Virus record (IMG/VR): IMGVR_UViG_3300023174_000034
Length of the DNA: 64,000 bases
DNA from: a virus
Lineage: Duplodnaviria > Heunggongvirae > Uroviricota > Caudoviricetes
Direction: 5' to 3' (one strand)
Shown here: in pieces, positions 20,197 through 33,700 of the stretch
Layout: each line of letters begins with the position of its first letter
How positions within the stretch are numbered: position 1 is the stretch's first letter
Translations under genes and position numbers: made by a program
The notes under the pieces: model-generated
What the model was told of the DNA's origin: nothing
Seen by the model: the letters and a program-made list of their open reading frames with translations, nothing else
The model's database searches: none

Positions 20197-20568
20197 ATGC
20201 CAACACAAGTACAGTTCCGTAGAGGGACAACGTCCCAAAATAACAGTTTTACGGGTGCCACTGGCGAAATATCCATTGACACCACTCTAAAAGTACTGCG
20301 TGTGCATGACGGCTCCACAGCAGGCGGACAAGCACTGGTAGGCATTTCGGCCACCCAGACGCTGACAAACAAAACACTGACCAGCCCTACTGTTAACAGC
20401 GCAACATTGAATGACTCAACATTCACTGGAACTGCGAGTTTTAGCGGTGTTGGCACACTTTCTGGAGTGATACTAAACACTCCAGCACTTGGAACTTACT
20501 CAACCACAGCCAATTCAATTGTGCCTAAAAGTTACGTAGATTCCATAGGAATTGTGTTCGGTGTATAA
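20197..20568 (+). CDS. Mtd_N-like (major tropism determinant N-terminal) domain small protein
   Basis: QVQFRRGTT..N.SFTGA.GEI.IDT....LRVHDGSTAGG; TATAAATA at 20167. Confidence 0.75.
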   Translation: MPTQVQFRRGTTSQNNSFTGATGEISIDTTLKVLRVHDGSTAGGQALVGISATQTLTNKTLTSPTVNSATLNDSTFTGTASFSGVGTLSGVILNTPALGTYSTTANSIVPKSYVDSIGIVFGV

Positions 20569-20603
20569 ATAAAAGAAGCATATTAACCATAAGGTAGACC
20601 AAA

Positions 20604-23600
20604 ATGGCAAGAAAAAGTATACAATATTACAGCTACACCCCAGGCGCCGCAAACGCCGGTACTGTAAAGATTCCAGATGTTTATCAATTAAAAGACATTC
20701 TGATGATTACCAACGTTACACGAAACGTGGTAATTTACAATTTTAGCGACAGCACACGTGGTGCATACGCATTCTCGGCCAACGAGAATGACACAACCAC
20801 TTTCCCTGGCGCAATGAACGGTGTAACAACACTGACTCTAGCACTTGACACTAGCACTCAAAGTTCTGCTGACAAGTTGATGATCTATGTTGAAGCCAGT
20901 GAAATGCGTGTTCGCACTCATGACTTTGGTATTGACGCTGTTGAACGCCAACGTGTTGCTCAACCAGAATCCATGATTGACGCTGACTTTGAATATGGTT
21001 TGCAACAAACCAAGTGGGCTTCGTGGACCACAGTATTCAACACGCCAACAACATATGAAGTGCCAGGTTCCGATGTTCTTGCCAACGTTTATGGTTATGC
21101 TACTTTGGTTGCTACTCCAATCTCATCAGCTGCCACAACATCATTGGTACTGACCAATCAAGGTCTAACACCAACCACAGCTTACATTGGTAACACAGCT
21201 CCTGTTCACAACCAATTTGACTACAAGATTTTGATCAACCAAGGTTATGGTACAAGTACAACAAGTCCACGTGGTACAACATGGATTGCCAATGCTGCCG
21301 TCACAAACGGTGCTTTGTCGATCACTGCTGCCAACGGTGGTCCTGCACAACGCAGTTTCACAGTCACACGTGACATCAACTACTGGAACGCAGGTGACTT
21401 AGCCGCATTGATTGGTATCCCAAGCGACTTGGCCGATGCCGCCACCATGAACACATCAATCAGTTCACCAGGTACCACAGCATTCACAACCAATGCCGCA
21501 GGTTCTATTGTGAACAACGACATCCTGGCGGTTGAAACTGTCAACGGTGGTGAATTTGAATTGGTTTATGTCAGCTCAGGTGGTACAACAACTTCATTGA
21601 CTGTTACTCGTCAATTGTTTGGTACCAACTACGGTGGTGCTAACTTGCCATCCGGTGCACGTATCAAACGTATTCGTCAAGCTGACGTTGCATCAGGTGC
21701 AGGTTTTGCATCCAACGTTGAAATTGTTCGTGTTGACTCAGTTGATCAAACATTGAACCAGTTGCATGTCACACGTGGCTTCATGAACACCAATGCCGCA
21801 GTGCAGTTCCTACCAGGTACTATTGTTGGTAAGGTCAATGCATTTGGCGAGTTGAGCCCAGGTCTAGGCAACGGCCCATCCGCTGTTGGTACTGGTGCCA
21901 GCGCCAACATTGAAATTGTTCGTGTCACAGCTACAGCAATTGGCCCATTGGGTTCACAAACAATTACACGTGGTGCACTGGGCACAATTCCACTGACTAA
22001 CATCTACGCAGGTTCATTGGCTGTCACAGCCGCTGGTGTGTTCGTAGCAGGTAACGTCAACGTTCCAATTATTGGCGTCAACGCCAACTCACACGGTGTG
22101 TCCAGTTCCATGCAAGGTGCAGGCTCATTTGGTCTAAGCACAGCAGTTGCAGGCACAGCCAATGCTAATGCATTTATTTCCACACTGGGTCTAAACAACG
22201 CCAACGTTGAAGGTATCTACTTCAACTCAATCAACGATGTTCACTATGCAGCCTACTATCCAAAGATTTGGCCTAATCGTGAAATTGGTTGGCAGTTGAA
22301 CCCAATTGCTGCCACACAAGACGTCACAATCCGTAAAGGTGGTACATACACTGGTGCTAACATCCAGTATGTGTCTATCATCTCCAACACTGGCACACCA
22401 TCCATGATCACTGTGACAACAGTTGCTCCACATGGTATTTTCCCAGGACAGTTGGTACAAACAAACTTGTACGGTGCAACCAATGCCAACACACACGCAA
22501 GTGGTGTGTTTGCAGTCAACAGTGTGCCATTTAACACACAGTTCACATTCACTGCCAAAGGTGGCGCCGCAGTTTCTTCTGGTAACTTGTTGGTTGCTTC
22601 ACTGGGCACACAGTCCACAATCTTTGGTAACATTGTATTGTTCCCAACCAGCTTGGTACGTCACCGTCCAGTTGATGGCGGTACAAACATGGGTGTGAAT
22701 GCTCCGGCATTTGGCTACGAAGTTGTACGTCAAACCAAGAAATACTTCCGCTACCAGTCTGGTAAGGGCATGATGTTCACAACTGGTATCAGTCTAAGCC
22801 CACAGTTTGTGGTTACAAACGTATCGGCAGCAGGTACAAGTATTGGTAGTGCAATCACTATCACAACAGAATTGGATCACGGTTGCCAAATTGGTGCCAA
22901 CGTTCAACTTGCTGGTGTTACCACAACAGGCTACAACAGCTTCTACCGTGTGGCCAGCGTGGTATCACAAAACAGCTTCACAGTTCTAGCCACAGCAACA
23001 TTGGGTGCAACTACTCCAAGTTTTGGTAGCTTCCCACAGTGTGCGCTACTAAACTGGCACGGTGGTAAAGTACGTGTTGGTATGTTTGATGACCAAAACG
23101 GCGTGTTCTGGCACTATGATGGTCAGCAGTTGTATGCAGGCAAACGTTCAAGCACACGTGATCTACTAGGTCGTTGCCAAGTTGGTCAAAATCAATATCG
23201 TGTAAACGGCGATCGTAACACACGTTTCTTGGACCAATTGATGGCAGGTGACCAAGTGGTTATCCGCGGTATGAGCCACACAGTCAGTCGTATTGAAAGC
23301 CAAAACACCATGTACATCACTCCTGCATATCGCGGCGTTATCAACGCTGAGAATGCCAAGATTGCTGTGACTGATGATGTGCTAACTGCACAAGCTAACT
23401 TCAACAAAGACAAGATGGACGGTACAGGCCCATCAGGTTATGTGATTGACAAGAGCAAGATGCAGATGGTTGCCATCCAGTACACCTGGTACGGTGCAGG
23501 CTTTATCGACTGGGGTATGAGAACCACAGACGGTCAAATGATCTGGGCACATCGCACCAAGAACAACAACGTGAACAACGAAGCGTTTATGCGTTCTGGT

Positions 23601-24698
23601 AACTTGCCAGCTCGTTATAAAACAGCTAACAACACAGTTTACACACGTTTGGCCACAGCTCTAGTAGCCAACGAAACTGGTAACATCAACCTAGGTAGCA
23701 CAGTTGGTTTCCCAACTGCTAACGTGACATATCCAGCCACAGTTATCGTGACTGGTATTGCAAGTGATGTTGACGAGTTGGTAACATACACAGCAGGTCC
23801 ATTTGCAGCCAATGGTAACATTTCGGGCTTGACACGTGGCGCAAGCTACTCATCCTTTAACCTGGGTGCAGTACGCTCACAGACCATGGGTATTGCAGGT
23901 GTAGGCGTTGGTACAGCTCATCAGATCAACTCAGCAGTTCGTTTGTTCTCTGTAACAGCAAGTCCAGACTTGAATCACTGGGGTTCAGCTGTTATTCTAG
24001 ACGGCGGATTTACCAAGGATCGTTCATACCAGTTTACATACAACGTTGCTAACACCAACGTGTTGGGTACACAGGTACAGACATTGTTCATGATGCGCTT
24101 GGCACCTTCAATCACCAATGCTATCACTGGTGACCTAGGCGCTAAAGACGTTATCAACCGTGCTCAGTTGTTGCTACAAAACATGTATGTTAACATTTCA
24201 GACTCTGCGGCGACATTGAAGCCACGCTTCTTGATCCAGGCGATTTTGAATCCAACCAACATCTTGAGTGCCAACTTTGCTCCATTGAACCAACGTTTCA
24301 ACTCGCCAAACACTGGTGGTCAGTCTGCAACTCCTGCAGGTTCTGGTGGTTTCAATCAGCCATCGTTCACACAGTTTGTTGCTAACGTGTACCCATCGAC
24401 TGCTCACCCAACCACTATGTGGGGTGTGAACACTATCTTGTTTGATCAAAGCCCACGTGGTCACCACAACGGCCTACCATACGCACAAGGTGGCGAACAG
24501 TTGTTCTCAATTCCTGTAAGTGCTCAAAACTCTGGTTTCATTGATTTGAGTAACATTAAGGAAATTGGTGGTGCATCAATTCCAGGTGCTGGATACTATC
24601 CAAACGGTAATGAGATTGTTGCGTTTAACATTGTACCTGCTCAAGGTGCACAGGCCAACGTTGATATTCAAATTACATACGTTGAATCACAGGCTTAA
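20604..24698 (+). CDS. large virion structural protein (fibre or receptor-binding-like)
   Basis: 1364 aa; IDADFEYGLQQTKW, RQTKKYFRYQSGKG, repeated EIVRV...VTRG modules and T..PHG/DHG beta-sandwich modules; TATAAATA at 20564. Confidence 0.7.
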   Translation: MARKSIQYYSYTPGAANAGTVKIPDVYQLKDILMITNVTRNVVIYNFSDSTRGAYAFSANENDTTTFPGAMNGVTTLTLALDTSTQSSADKLMIYVEASEMRVRTHDFGIDAVERQRVAQPESMIDADFEYGLQQTKWASWTTVFNTPTTYEVPGSDVLANVYGYATLVATPISSAATTSLVLTNQGLTPTTAYIGNTAPVHNQFDYKILINQGYGTSTTSPRGTTWIANAAVTNGALSITAANGGPAQRSFTVTRDINYWNAGDLAALIGIPSDLADAATMNTSISSPGTTAFTTNAAGSIVNNDILAVETVNGGEFELVYVSSGGTTTSLTVTRQLFGTNYGGANLPSGARIKRIRQADVASGAGFASNVEIVRVDSVDQTLNQLHVTRGFMNTNAAVQFLPGTIVGKVNAFGELSPGLGNGPSAVGTGASANIEIVRVTATAIGPLGSQTITRGALGTIPLTNIYAGSLAVTAAGVFVAGNVNVPIIGVNANSHGVSSSMQGAGSFGLSTAVAGTANANAFISTLGLNNANVEGIYFNSINDVHYAAYYPKIWPNREIGWQLNPIAATQDVTIRKGGTYTGANIQYVSIISNTGTPSMITVTTVAPHGIFPGQLVQTNLYGATNANTHASGVFAVNSVPFNTQFTFTAKGGAAVSSGNLLVASLGTQSTIFGNIVLFPTSLVRHRPVDGGTNMGVNAPAFGYEVVRQTKKYFRYQSGKGMMFTTGISLSPQFVVTNVSAAGTSIGSAITITTELDHGCQIGANVQLAGVTTTGYNSFYRVASVVSQNSFTVLATATLGATTPSFGSFPQCALLNWHGGKVRVGMFDDQNGVFWHYDGQQLYAGKRSSTRDLLGRCQVGQNQYRVNGDRNTRFLDQLMAGDQVVIRGMSHTVSRIESQNTMYITPAYRGVINAENAKIAVTDDVLTAQANFNKDKMDGTGPSGYVIDKSKMQMVAIQYTWYGAGFIDWGMRTTDGQMIWAHRTKNNNVNNEAFMRSGNLPARYKTANNTVYTRLATALVANETGNINLGSTVGFPTANVTYPATVIVTGIASDVDELVTYTAGPFAANGNISGLTRGASYSSFNLGAVRSQTMGIAGVGVGTAHQINSAVRLFSVTASPDLNHWGSAVILDGGFTKDRSYQFTYNVANTNVLGTQVQTLFMMRLAPSITNAITGDLGAKDVINRAQLLLQNMYVNISDSAATLKPRFLIQAILNPTNILSANFAPLNQRFNSPNTGGQSATPAGSGGFNQPSFTQFVANVYPSTAHPTTMWGVNTILFDQSPRGHHNGLPYAQGGEQLFSIPVSAQNSGFIDLSNIKEIGGASIPGAGYYPNGNEIVAFNIVPAQGAQANVDIQITYVESQA

Positions 24699-24714
24699 TC
24701 CAAAGCCAGTCGAG

Positions 24715-24741
24715 AGAAAGGCCCGCAAGGGCCTTTTTCTT
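24715..24741 (+). terminator. intrinsic terminator
   Basis: AAAGGCCC-GCAA-GGGCCTTTTTCTT. Confidence 0.85.
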
Positions 24742-24798
24742 TGGGCTGTTTTTCATTTGGTTGTGTTTCCATAAATAGTTAAAACGAGATGGATTCCC

Positions 24799-27700
24799 AT
24801 GGCATTAACAAGACCACGCTATAGTCAGATACCGGACACCGATTGGAAACAAAGTGTCCGGGTCGCCACAACCGCAGACGTAGGTAACGTGATGTTGGCA
24901 GCAATGCCAAACTCAGTTGACGGCGTCACGCTTAATTTTTATGATCGTGTTCTATTAAAGTCGCAGGCCAATGCGGCACAAAATGGTATCTACTATGTCA
25001 AGGCAGTGGGTACAGGTGCCAATGGTATTTGGGAACGTACCAAAGATGCCAGCTCGGGTGGTGCGCTGGGTGCAGTTACTCCTTCAATTGTCACACAAGT
25101 TGAAGAAGGCACGATCAACAAGAATCGTACTTTCAAACTAACCACAACAGGCAATATTGATCTTGGCACAACTGATTTAAGTTTTGGTGTACAAGCCGCT
25201 GAACCAGCTGGCGCCACAGGACAGCTACAGTTTGCCAACGTCAACAATGTGATTGGTGGTGCAACAACTACCAGCTATGACTATGTAACTGGTAACTTGG
25301 TATTAACCGGTAATGTAAACACCACACTGCTGTATCAAAATGGCAAGCGTGTACCGCAAGTATTTACAAGTGCAACACCACCATCTACTCCAGCAGTAGG
25401 TGATCAATGGTATCAAATTGGCACAGATATTCTATATGAATGGTTGCAGGATGGTGCCACAGCATACTGGATTGACGTAAGCGGTGCTACCATTGCCAAC
25501 ATCAATCCCATCACAGGGGAAAACGTTGGTAGTTTAGTTGTCAATGGCGGCAACGACTCTACAAGTTCCACAACAGGTGCGTTACAAGTAGTTGGCGGAA
25601 CAGGTATCACTGGCAACTTAAATGTTGGCGGTTCTATTACATTTGGCGGTGGATCACTTGGCAGCGACCTTGTTGTTAATTCTACTGCACCGTCAACGAG
25701 TGAAACAACAGGCGCCATTCGTATTGCAAGCCCGGGCGGTTTAGGCGTCGGTGGTAATATTTGGGTTGGTGGCACGTTTGTTGCCAACAGCCGTATTCCG
25801 AGCACAAGCATCGGAACTGGCGCTATTATACTTCCGGGCACAGGCGGACTAGGTGTTGGTGGTAATGTATTTGTTGGGCAAAACTTAAATGTTTTAGGCA
25901 ACATCACCGGTGGCGGTATACGTCAGTCTATCAGTTCTGGAGCTCCGGCCAATCCTGTAGTAGGCGACCAGTGGTACCAACTTGGTACAGACATCTTGTA
26001 CCAATATGTAAGTGACGGTACTGGTAGTTATTGGGTTGACGTAGCAGGTGCAACAGTTGCCAACATCACGCAACAAACAAACACAGTAAACGACATTCAC
26101 TTGGTAAGCGGCACACCAAGCACAAGTTCAGACACTGGTGCATTGATTGTCAGTGGTGGTGTTGGTATACAAGGTAACTTGAATCTACAAGGTGGTTTTA
26201 ATATCACTGGTGGCAACTTAATTGCCAATCAAAATGTCACAAGCACAAACACCACAACTGGCTCAATGGTTGTGACTGGCCAAGGCGGCATTGGTGTTGG
26301 CGGCAATATCAACATTGGCGGCAATCTAAGTGTTGCACAAACTGCCAGCTTTTTACAAAATGTAATCATATCTGCAAATTTAGTTGCCAGCGGAACTTAT
26401 TTTGCCGCAGGTGGTCTAAGCGTCACAAATGGCAATATTGTTACAACCGGTACTAGTGCTCAAATTGGTGGACTAACAATTACCAATGGTGCAATCAGTG
26501 GAATTGCAAGTTTAGGTGTCACTGGCGCAACCAATATTGGTGGTGACTTAACAGTAACTGGTAACATTGCAGGTGGCGGTGTACGCAAGTATGCTCAAAC
26601 TGCCAAACCCACAAATGCTTTTCCTGGTGATGTCTGGTACAAGACTGATACTGACGTATACTATACCTATGTAAATGATGGCACAGCCAGTTACTGGATT
26701 GACTATACCAGTGCAACAGTTGCCAATATTACTCCACAAACAAATCAAACACTCAGTGATATTGTAATTGTAAGTGGTACTCCTGCAACCAACACCACAA
26801 CTGGTGCCCTACAAGTACAAGGTGGCGCTGGTATCACTGGTAATGTGTTTACCGGTAATTTATCTACTGGCACAGTGTCCGCTGGTGCATTTACCTATGC
26901 AAACGGTGTAAGTATTCTTCTTGGAAATGAAGGTACATATTCGAATGCAAACGTCGTTGCTTATTTGTCTGCAAGCAATATCAGTGTTGGTGGTAACCTA
27001 ACTGCCGGTGGATCATATTTCTCTGCAGGTGGCCTAAGTGTCACAGCGGGCAATATACTAGCAACAGGAGCTCGTGCAGTTATTGGTGGTTTGACTATTG
27101 AAAACGGCGGCATTAGTAGCCTTGCAAGTCTAAATGTCATTGGTTCAGGCACCTTAGGTGGCGACTTTGCAATCACTGGTAACGTTACCGCTGGCGGCTT
27201 GAGAAAGTATGCACAAGTTGGTGCACCAGCCAATCCGGTTGTGGGCGATGTTTGGTACAAAACGGACACAGATGTATTCTACCAATACGTAAACGATGGA
27301 ACCAACAAGTACTGGATTGACTATACCAGTGCTACCGTTTCAAACGCCAGCCCAACTAGCCCACAAAGTCTACAAGACTTACAAATCGTTTCAGGTACAC
27401 CTTCAACAGGCTCTGGCACAGGCGCACTACAAGTAACAGGTGGAGCCGCAGTAACAGGTAACTTGTTCTCTGGCAACCTAAGCACAACAACCGTTGCCGC
27501 AAGCAACTTCACTTATGCAAATGGCGTAAGTATTCTTGCTGGTAACGAAGGCACATATTCAAATGCCAATGTCCTATCATACTTGGCAGCAAATGGTATC
27601 ACTGCTACCACAGCAGGAATCAGCACCACTGGTAATTTGACAGCCAGCGGATCATATCTATCAGCAGGTGGCTTCACTGCCACAGCAGGAAATATTCGTA

Positions 27701-30700
27701 CAACATCTGCCAATATTGGCGGTGTGATAATTGAGTCAGGTGGCATTGGCCAGCTGGCAAGTCTTGGTGTACTAGGCGCGGCAACAATTGGTGGTGACGT
27801 TGCCATCACTGGTAACATCACAGCAGGCGGACTACGCAAATATGCACAGGCAGGTGCACCGGCTAACCCAGTTGTGGGTGACGTTTGGTACAAAACTGAC
27901 ACTGATGTTTACTATCAGTACATCAATGATGGCACAAACAAATATTGGATTGACTATTCAAGTGCAACTGTTTCTAATGCAAGTCCAACTACATCTCAAA
28001 GCCTACAAGACCTACAAATTGTAAGTGGTACGCAAAGTACAAGCACAGGAACTGGTGCGTTGGTTGTACAAGGTGGTATTGGTGCAAGTGGTAATGTATT
28101 TGTTGGCAACGTATCCACTGCCACAGTGTCTGCTTCAAACTTTACCTATGCCAACGGTGTGAGTATTTTACTGGGCAACGAAGGCACTTACTCAAATGCC
28201 AATGTCACTGCTTACCTAACAGCTAGAACAACAACCATCAGTGATGGATTTTTGAGCACAGCTGGACTAACAGTCACAGCAGGCAATCTTAAAACTACAT
28301 CTGCCAATATTGGCGGATTGATAATTGAAAACAACAGCATTAGCCAATTGGCAAGTATTGGTGTTGTTGGGGCTGCAACCATTGGTGCTGACCTAGCAGT
28401 TACAGGAAATATCACAGGCGGTGGCCTACGCAAGTATGCACAAGCAGGTGCTCCAGCAAATCCAATTGTGGGTGACGTTTGGTACAAGACTGACACTGAT
28501 GTGTACTATCAATACATCAATGACGGCACAAACAAATACTGGGTTGACTATGCGGGTGCAACTGTAAGCAATGCAAGCATTACCAGCAGTCAAATCTCTT
28601 ACGACATTGTTGTTACTACAGATACTCAGAGCACAAGTACCACCACAGGTGCTGTTCGCGTTCAGGGTGGTATTGGCTTAATTGGCAATATCTACACCAC
28701 AGGCATTGCTGACATTGGCGGTAACCTGACTGCCGGCAATATCAAAGCCAACAACAATCTACAAACAAACACACTAGCAGTGGTTCAAAATGCCACAGTT
28801 GGTGGCACCCTAACCGTAACTGGTGCAGTAGCCACTGGTAACTTGACCACAGGCAATATTACAGGTTATGGGTTTACTACTGACGCCGGCAACCTAACTG
28901 CAACTGGTCAGTATTTTTCTGCAGGTGGTGTAAGTGCCACAGCAGGCAATATTTCAATTGGAAACATTGCAGGTTACGGATTCACTGTAAGCAATGGCAA
29001 TATCACATCTACCGGTACTCGTGCTGTTATTGGCGGATTAGAAATCATCAATGGCGGGTTTGGTTCGCTAGCAAGTTTAGGTGTAACAGGTGCGGCAACA
29101 TTTGGTGCCAACGTTGATATTACAGGTCGTGTGACTGGTGGTGGTATCCGTAAAACATCCAGCACCACTGCGCCTGCCAGCCCAATTGTTGGCGACACAT
29201 GGTACAAAACAGACACAGATACTTTATATCAATATATCAATGATGGCACAAGCAACTATTGGATTGATATCTCTGGAGCCACTGTTGCCAACATCAGTCC
29301 ACAAACAAATCAAACGCTAAACGACATTGTTATCGTAAGTGGTACACCTGCAACCAATACCACAAGTGGTGCCTTGCAAGTTCAAGGTGGCGCTGGCATA
29401 ACTGGCAACGTGTTTGCTGGCAATTTGTCAACTACAACTGTAGCGGCAAGTAACTTCACTTATGCCAACGGCGTAAGCATTTTACTAGGCAACGAAGGCA
29501 CATATTCAAATGCCAACGTCACTGCCTACCTAACAGCCAAGACAGTGGCAATTAGTGACGCCGGCAATGTTACTTCAAGTGGTACATATTTCAACACAGC
29601 TGGTCTAACAGTTCTCAACGGAAATGTAACAGCAACCGGTACAACTGCTACCATTGGCGGGCTGGTAATCAACAACGGCTCACTACCAAGTTTACCTACA
29701 TTGGGTGTATTAGGAGCCGCTACTATTGGTGGCGACATAGCAGTCACTGGTAATATCACAGCAGGTGGTTTACGCAAGTACGCTCAAGTAGGAGCTCCTA
29801 CAAATCCAGTGGTAGGTGATGTTTGGTACAAGACTGATACTGATGTATTTTATCAATATGTCAATGACGGTACTAACAAATATTGGATTGACTACACCAG
29901 TGCCACTGTAAGCAATGCAAACCCAACAAGCCCACAGAGTTTACAGGATCTACAAATTGTCAGTGGCACACCAAGCACAAGTACCACAAGTGGTGCTCTA
30001 CAAGTAACTGGCGGCGCTGGTATTTCTGGCAATGTCAATGCAGGTAACGTAACAACAGGCACACTAACAGCCACAACAGTGAACTCGTCTGGTGTTATTG
30101 TTGGCACAGGATTCACTTATGCAAATGGTGTGAGTATCCTGGTTGGTAACGAAGGCACATACTCTAATTCAAATGTTACTGCTTACCTAACAGCTAGAAC
30201 AACAACCATCAGTGATGGCTTCTTAAGCACAGCAGGAATGACAGTTACTGCTGGTAACTTGAAAACAACTTCTGCCAACATTGGTGGTGTTGTAATTGAG
30301 TCAGGTGGCATTGGGTCATTGGCAAGTTTGAACGTAATTGGTGGCGCAACAATTGGTGGCGATATTGCTATCACCGGCAACATCACTGGCGGCGGTATCC
30401 GTAAAACATCAAGTGCATCTGCACCTGCCACTCCAACCGTTGGCGATCAGTGGTACAAAACTGATACTGATACACTATACCAATACATCAACGATGGTAC
30501 GAGCAAGTACTGGATTGACGTAGCAGGTGCTACAGTTTCTAATGCAAGCATTACTAGCAGCCAGATTGCCTACGATATTGTAGTCACAACAGATACTCAG
30601 TCAACAAGTACAACCACCGGTGCTATCCGAGTACAAGGTGGTATTGGTCTAATTGGTAACATTTACACAACCGGTATTGCCGACTTTGGCGGTAACTTAA

Positions 30701-33700
30701 CTGCTGGCAATATCTTATCTAACAACAACTTGCAAACAACAACCTTGCAAGTCACAAGTGATGCAAACGTTACTGGCAACTTGTCTGTTAACAGAATCAC
30801 AGCCAGTGGTAATATCACCAGCTCAGGACAATATTTTAGTGCGGCAGGCCTGAGTGTAACCAATGGCAACATTATCACAACTGGTACAACTGCTACTATT
30901 GCTGGGTTGCAAATCACCAATGGTGCATTGCCAACATTGCCTACACTAGGCGTAACTGGACTAGCAACATTTGGTGCAAATATTGACGTCACCGGCAGTG
31001 TCAATGTCACCGGCAACATCACAGGCGGCGGACTACGCAAGTATGCCCAAATTGGTGCTCCTGCCAATCCAGTGGTGGGTGATGTTTGGTACAAAACCGA
31101 TACCGACGTATACTATCAGTATATCAATGATGGCACAAACAAATATTGGATTGACTATTCAAGTGCAACAGTAAGCAACGCAAGTCCGACAAGTCTACAA
31201 AGCATTCAAGATCTAGCAGTGGTTGGTGGTACAGTAAGCACAAGCACATCAACAGGTGCAATAACAATTCTCGGAGGTGTTGGTTTATCCGGCAATATCA
31301 ATGTAGGTGGCAATGCTTCTGTTGGTAATTTGGTCGCCAGCGGTGTAGTCTCTGGGACTGGATTCACTTATGCCAATGGTGTGAGTATCCTGGTTGGTAA
31401 CGAGGGAACATACTCTAACTCAAACGTAACTGCTTACCTAACAGCACGTACTACAACCATCAGTGATGGATATTTGAGCACCGCTGGCATTACTGTAACT
31501 GCTGGTAACATCTTTGCCTCGAGTGCAAATATTGCAGGCGTAATAATCAGCTCAGGCGGATTAAGTAGTCTTGCTAGTTTGGGTGTAGTAGGTGGTGCAA
31601 CCATTGGCGGTGATCTTGCAGTCACTGGCAACATAACTGGTGGTGGTATTCGCAAAACAACAAGCATTAGTGCTCCTACTAGTCCGGTAGTTGGCGACCA
31701 GTGGTACAAACAAGATACAGATACCTTGTATCAGTACATCAATGATGGCACAACCAAATATTGGGTTGACGTGGCAGGCGCTACCGTTTCCAATGCTCGT
31801 ACAAGTGGCGATCAAATTGCCTACGATATTGTAGTTACAACAGACACACAATCGACTAGCCCAACAACAGGCGCAGTAAGAGTACAAGGTGGTATTGGTC
31901 TAATTGGTAACATCTATACCACAGGCATTGTGGACATAGGCGGAAACCTACGTGCCGACAATATCACAGCAAACAACAATGTTCAGACCAATACTCTGCA
32001 AGTCATTGGTGACACAAATGTAAACAAACTCACAGCAGTTGGTAACATTACCAGCAGTGGTACATACTTTTCTGCAGGCGGCATTAGTGTCACAAACGGC
32101 AACGTAGTCGCCACTGGTACTAGTGCCACCATTGGTGGCCTAGTTATTAACAACGGTGGATTGCCAAGTTTACCAACACTGGGTGTGATTGGCGCCGCAA
32201 CGTTTGGTGCCAACGTAGACGTAACCGGTAACGTGAATGTAACTCGAGACATCATTGCATCTGGTAATATTGTTGCTGGTGGTGTACGCAAGTATGCCCA
32301 GACCAGCAAACCCACAAACGCAGTACCAGGAGATGTGTGGTACAAGACTGACACAGATGTTTACTACACCTATATCAACGACGGCACCAGCAAGTATTGG
32401 ATTGACTATGTAGGTGCTACAGTTAGTAATGCCGCAGTTGACAACTCAACAAATCGTGACTTTACTATTGCCAGTGGTACATTAAGCACAGATCCTACTA
32501 CAGGTGCATTGGTCGTGGTAGGCGGTGTGGGCATAACAGGCGACATCAACACTACAGGCGATTTCTCAATTGATGGTACATTCACAGCATGTACCGCAGT
32601 AACAGCAGGTTACTTAAACGTTGCAGACGGTATTGACAGCTACGGTAATGTGATCATTCATGGCCCTGGAACTGCAAACTACACAGTACAAGTTCGTTCT
32701 AGCGATGCCGCAGACAACGTGCTTGGAATCAAGACCAGTGTAGCAGGCGGTGGATTTGCGATTGATGCACTGAACAATGAATTGATTGGCGCCACACCAT
32801 TGGGTATCAATGCCAACACATTCAGCATTGGAATCAAGAACGCAGTTGGCTCAACAGTACAAGCAGATGCGCTAAAGGTAAACACTGCTGGAAATGTCAG
32901 CATTGCTAAAACATTGAGCATTGGTCAGCATGTGGACGTTACTGGCAATGTTACTGCTAGCAATGCAACTTTTGTCAACAAGATAACAGCAACCACAGCC
33001 AACTTTACCACAATGAATTTGAGTGGTACATTAACTGTACCAACGTTGAATGTAACCACAACTATTGATGCTCCGGGCATCCGTAAGTATGCACAAACCA
33101 CAGCACCTGCCAGCCCAGCGGCTGGAGATGTTTGGTACAAGACCGACACAGATGTATACTATACCTATGTGAACGATGGTACAGCCAATTATTGGATTGA
33201 CTATGCAGGTGCTACAGTTAGTAATGCCGCAGTTAGCACAAGTCAATCAGTTGATTTGCGTATTGCATCTGGAACAGAAAGCACCAACACTGACACTGGT
33301 GCATTGACTGTAGTTGGCGGAATTGGTTTAACTGGTAACATCAACGCCAATTACTTGCGTGGCACGGGTATTGTTTCAGACCGCTTTACATTCAGCAATG
33401 GTGCAAGTCTTGCCGCAACAATAACAGGTACCTACAGCAATACCAATGTTGCAGGTTATCTATCTGGCAGTATAACTGCTGGCAGTATCAACGTAACAGG
33501 AACATTAACTGCTCCTGGCATACGCAAGACACAAAGCATCACAGCTCCGGCAAGTCCAGTGGTTGGTGACTTGTGGTACAAGACCGACACAGATGTTTAT
33601 TATCAATACATCAATGACGGTACAAGCAACTATTGGGTTGACTATGTGGGTGCTACTGTAAGCAATGCCGCAGTAACCGCAGGCGCGGCAACAGATTATG

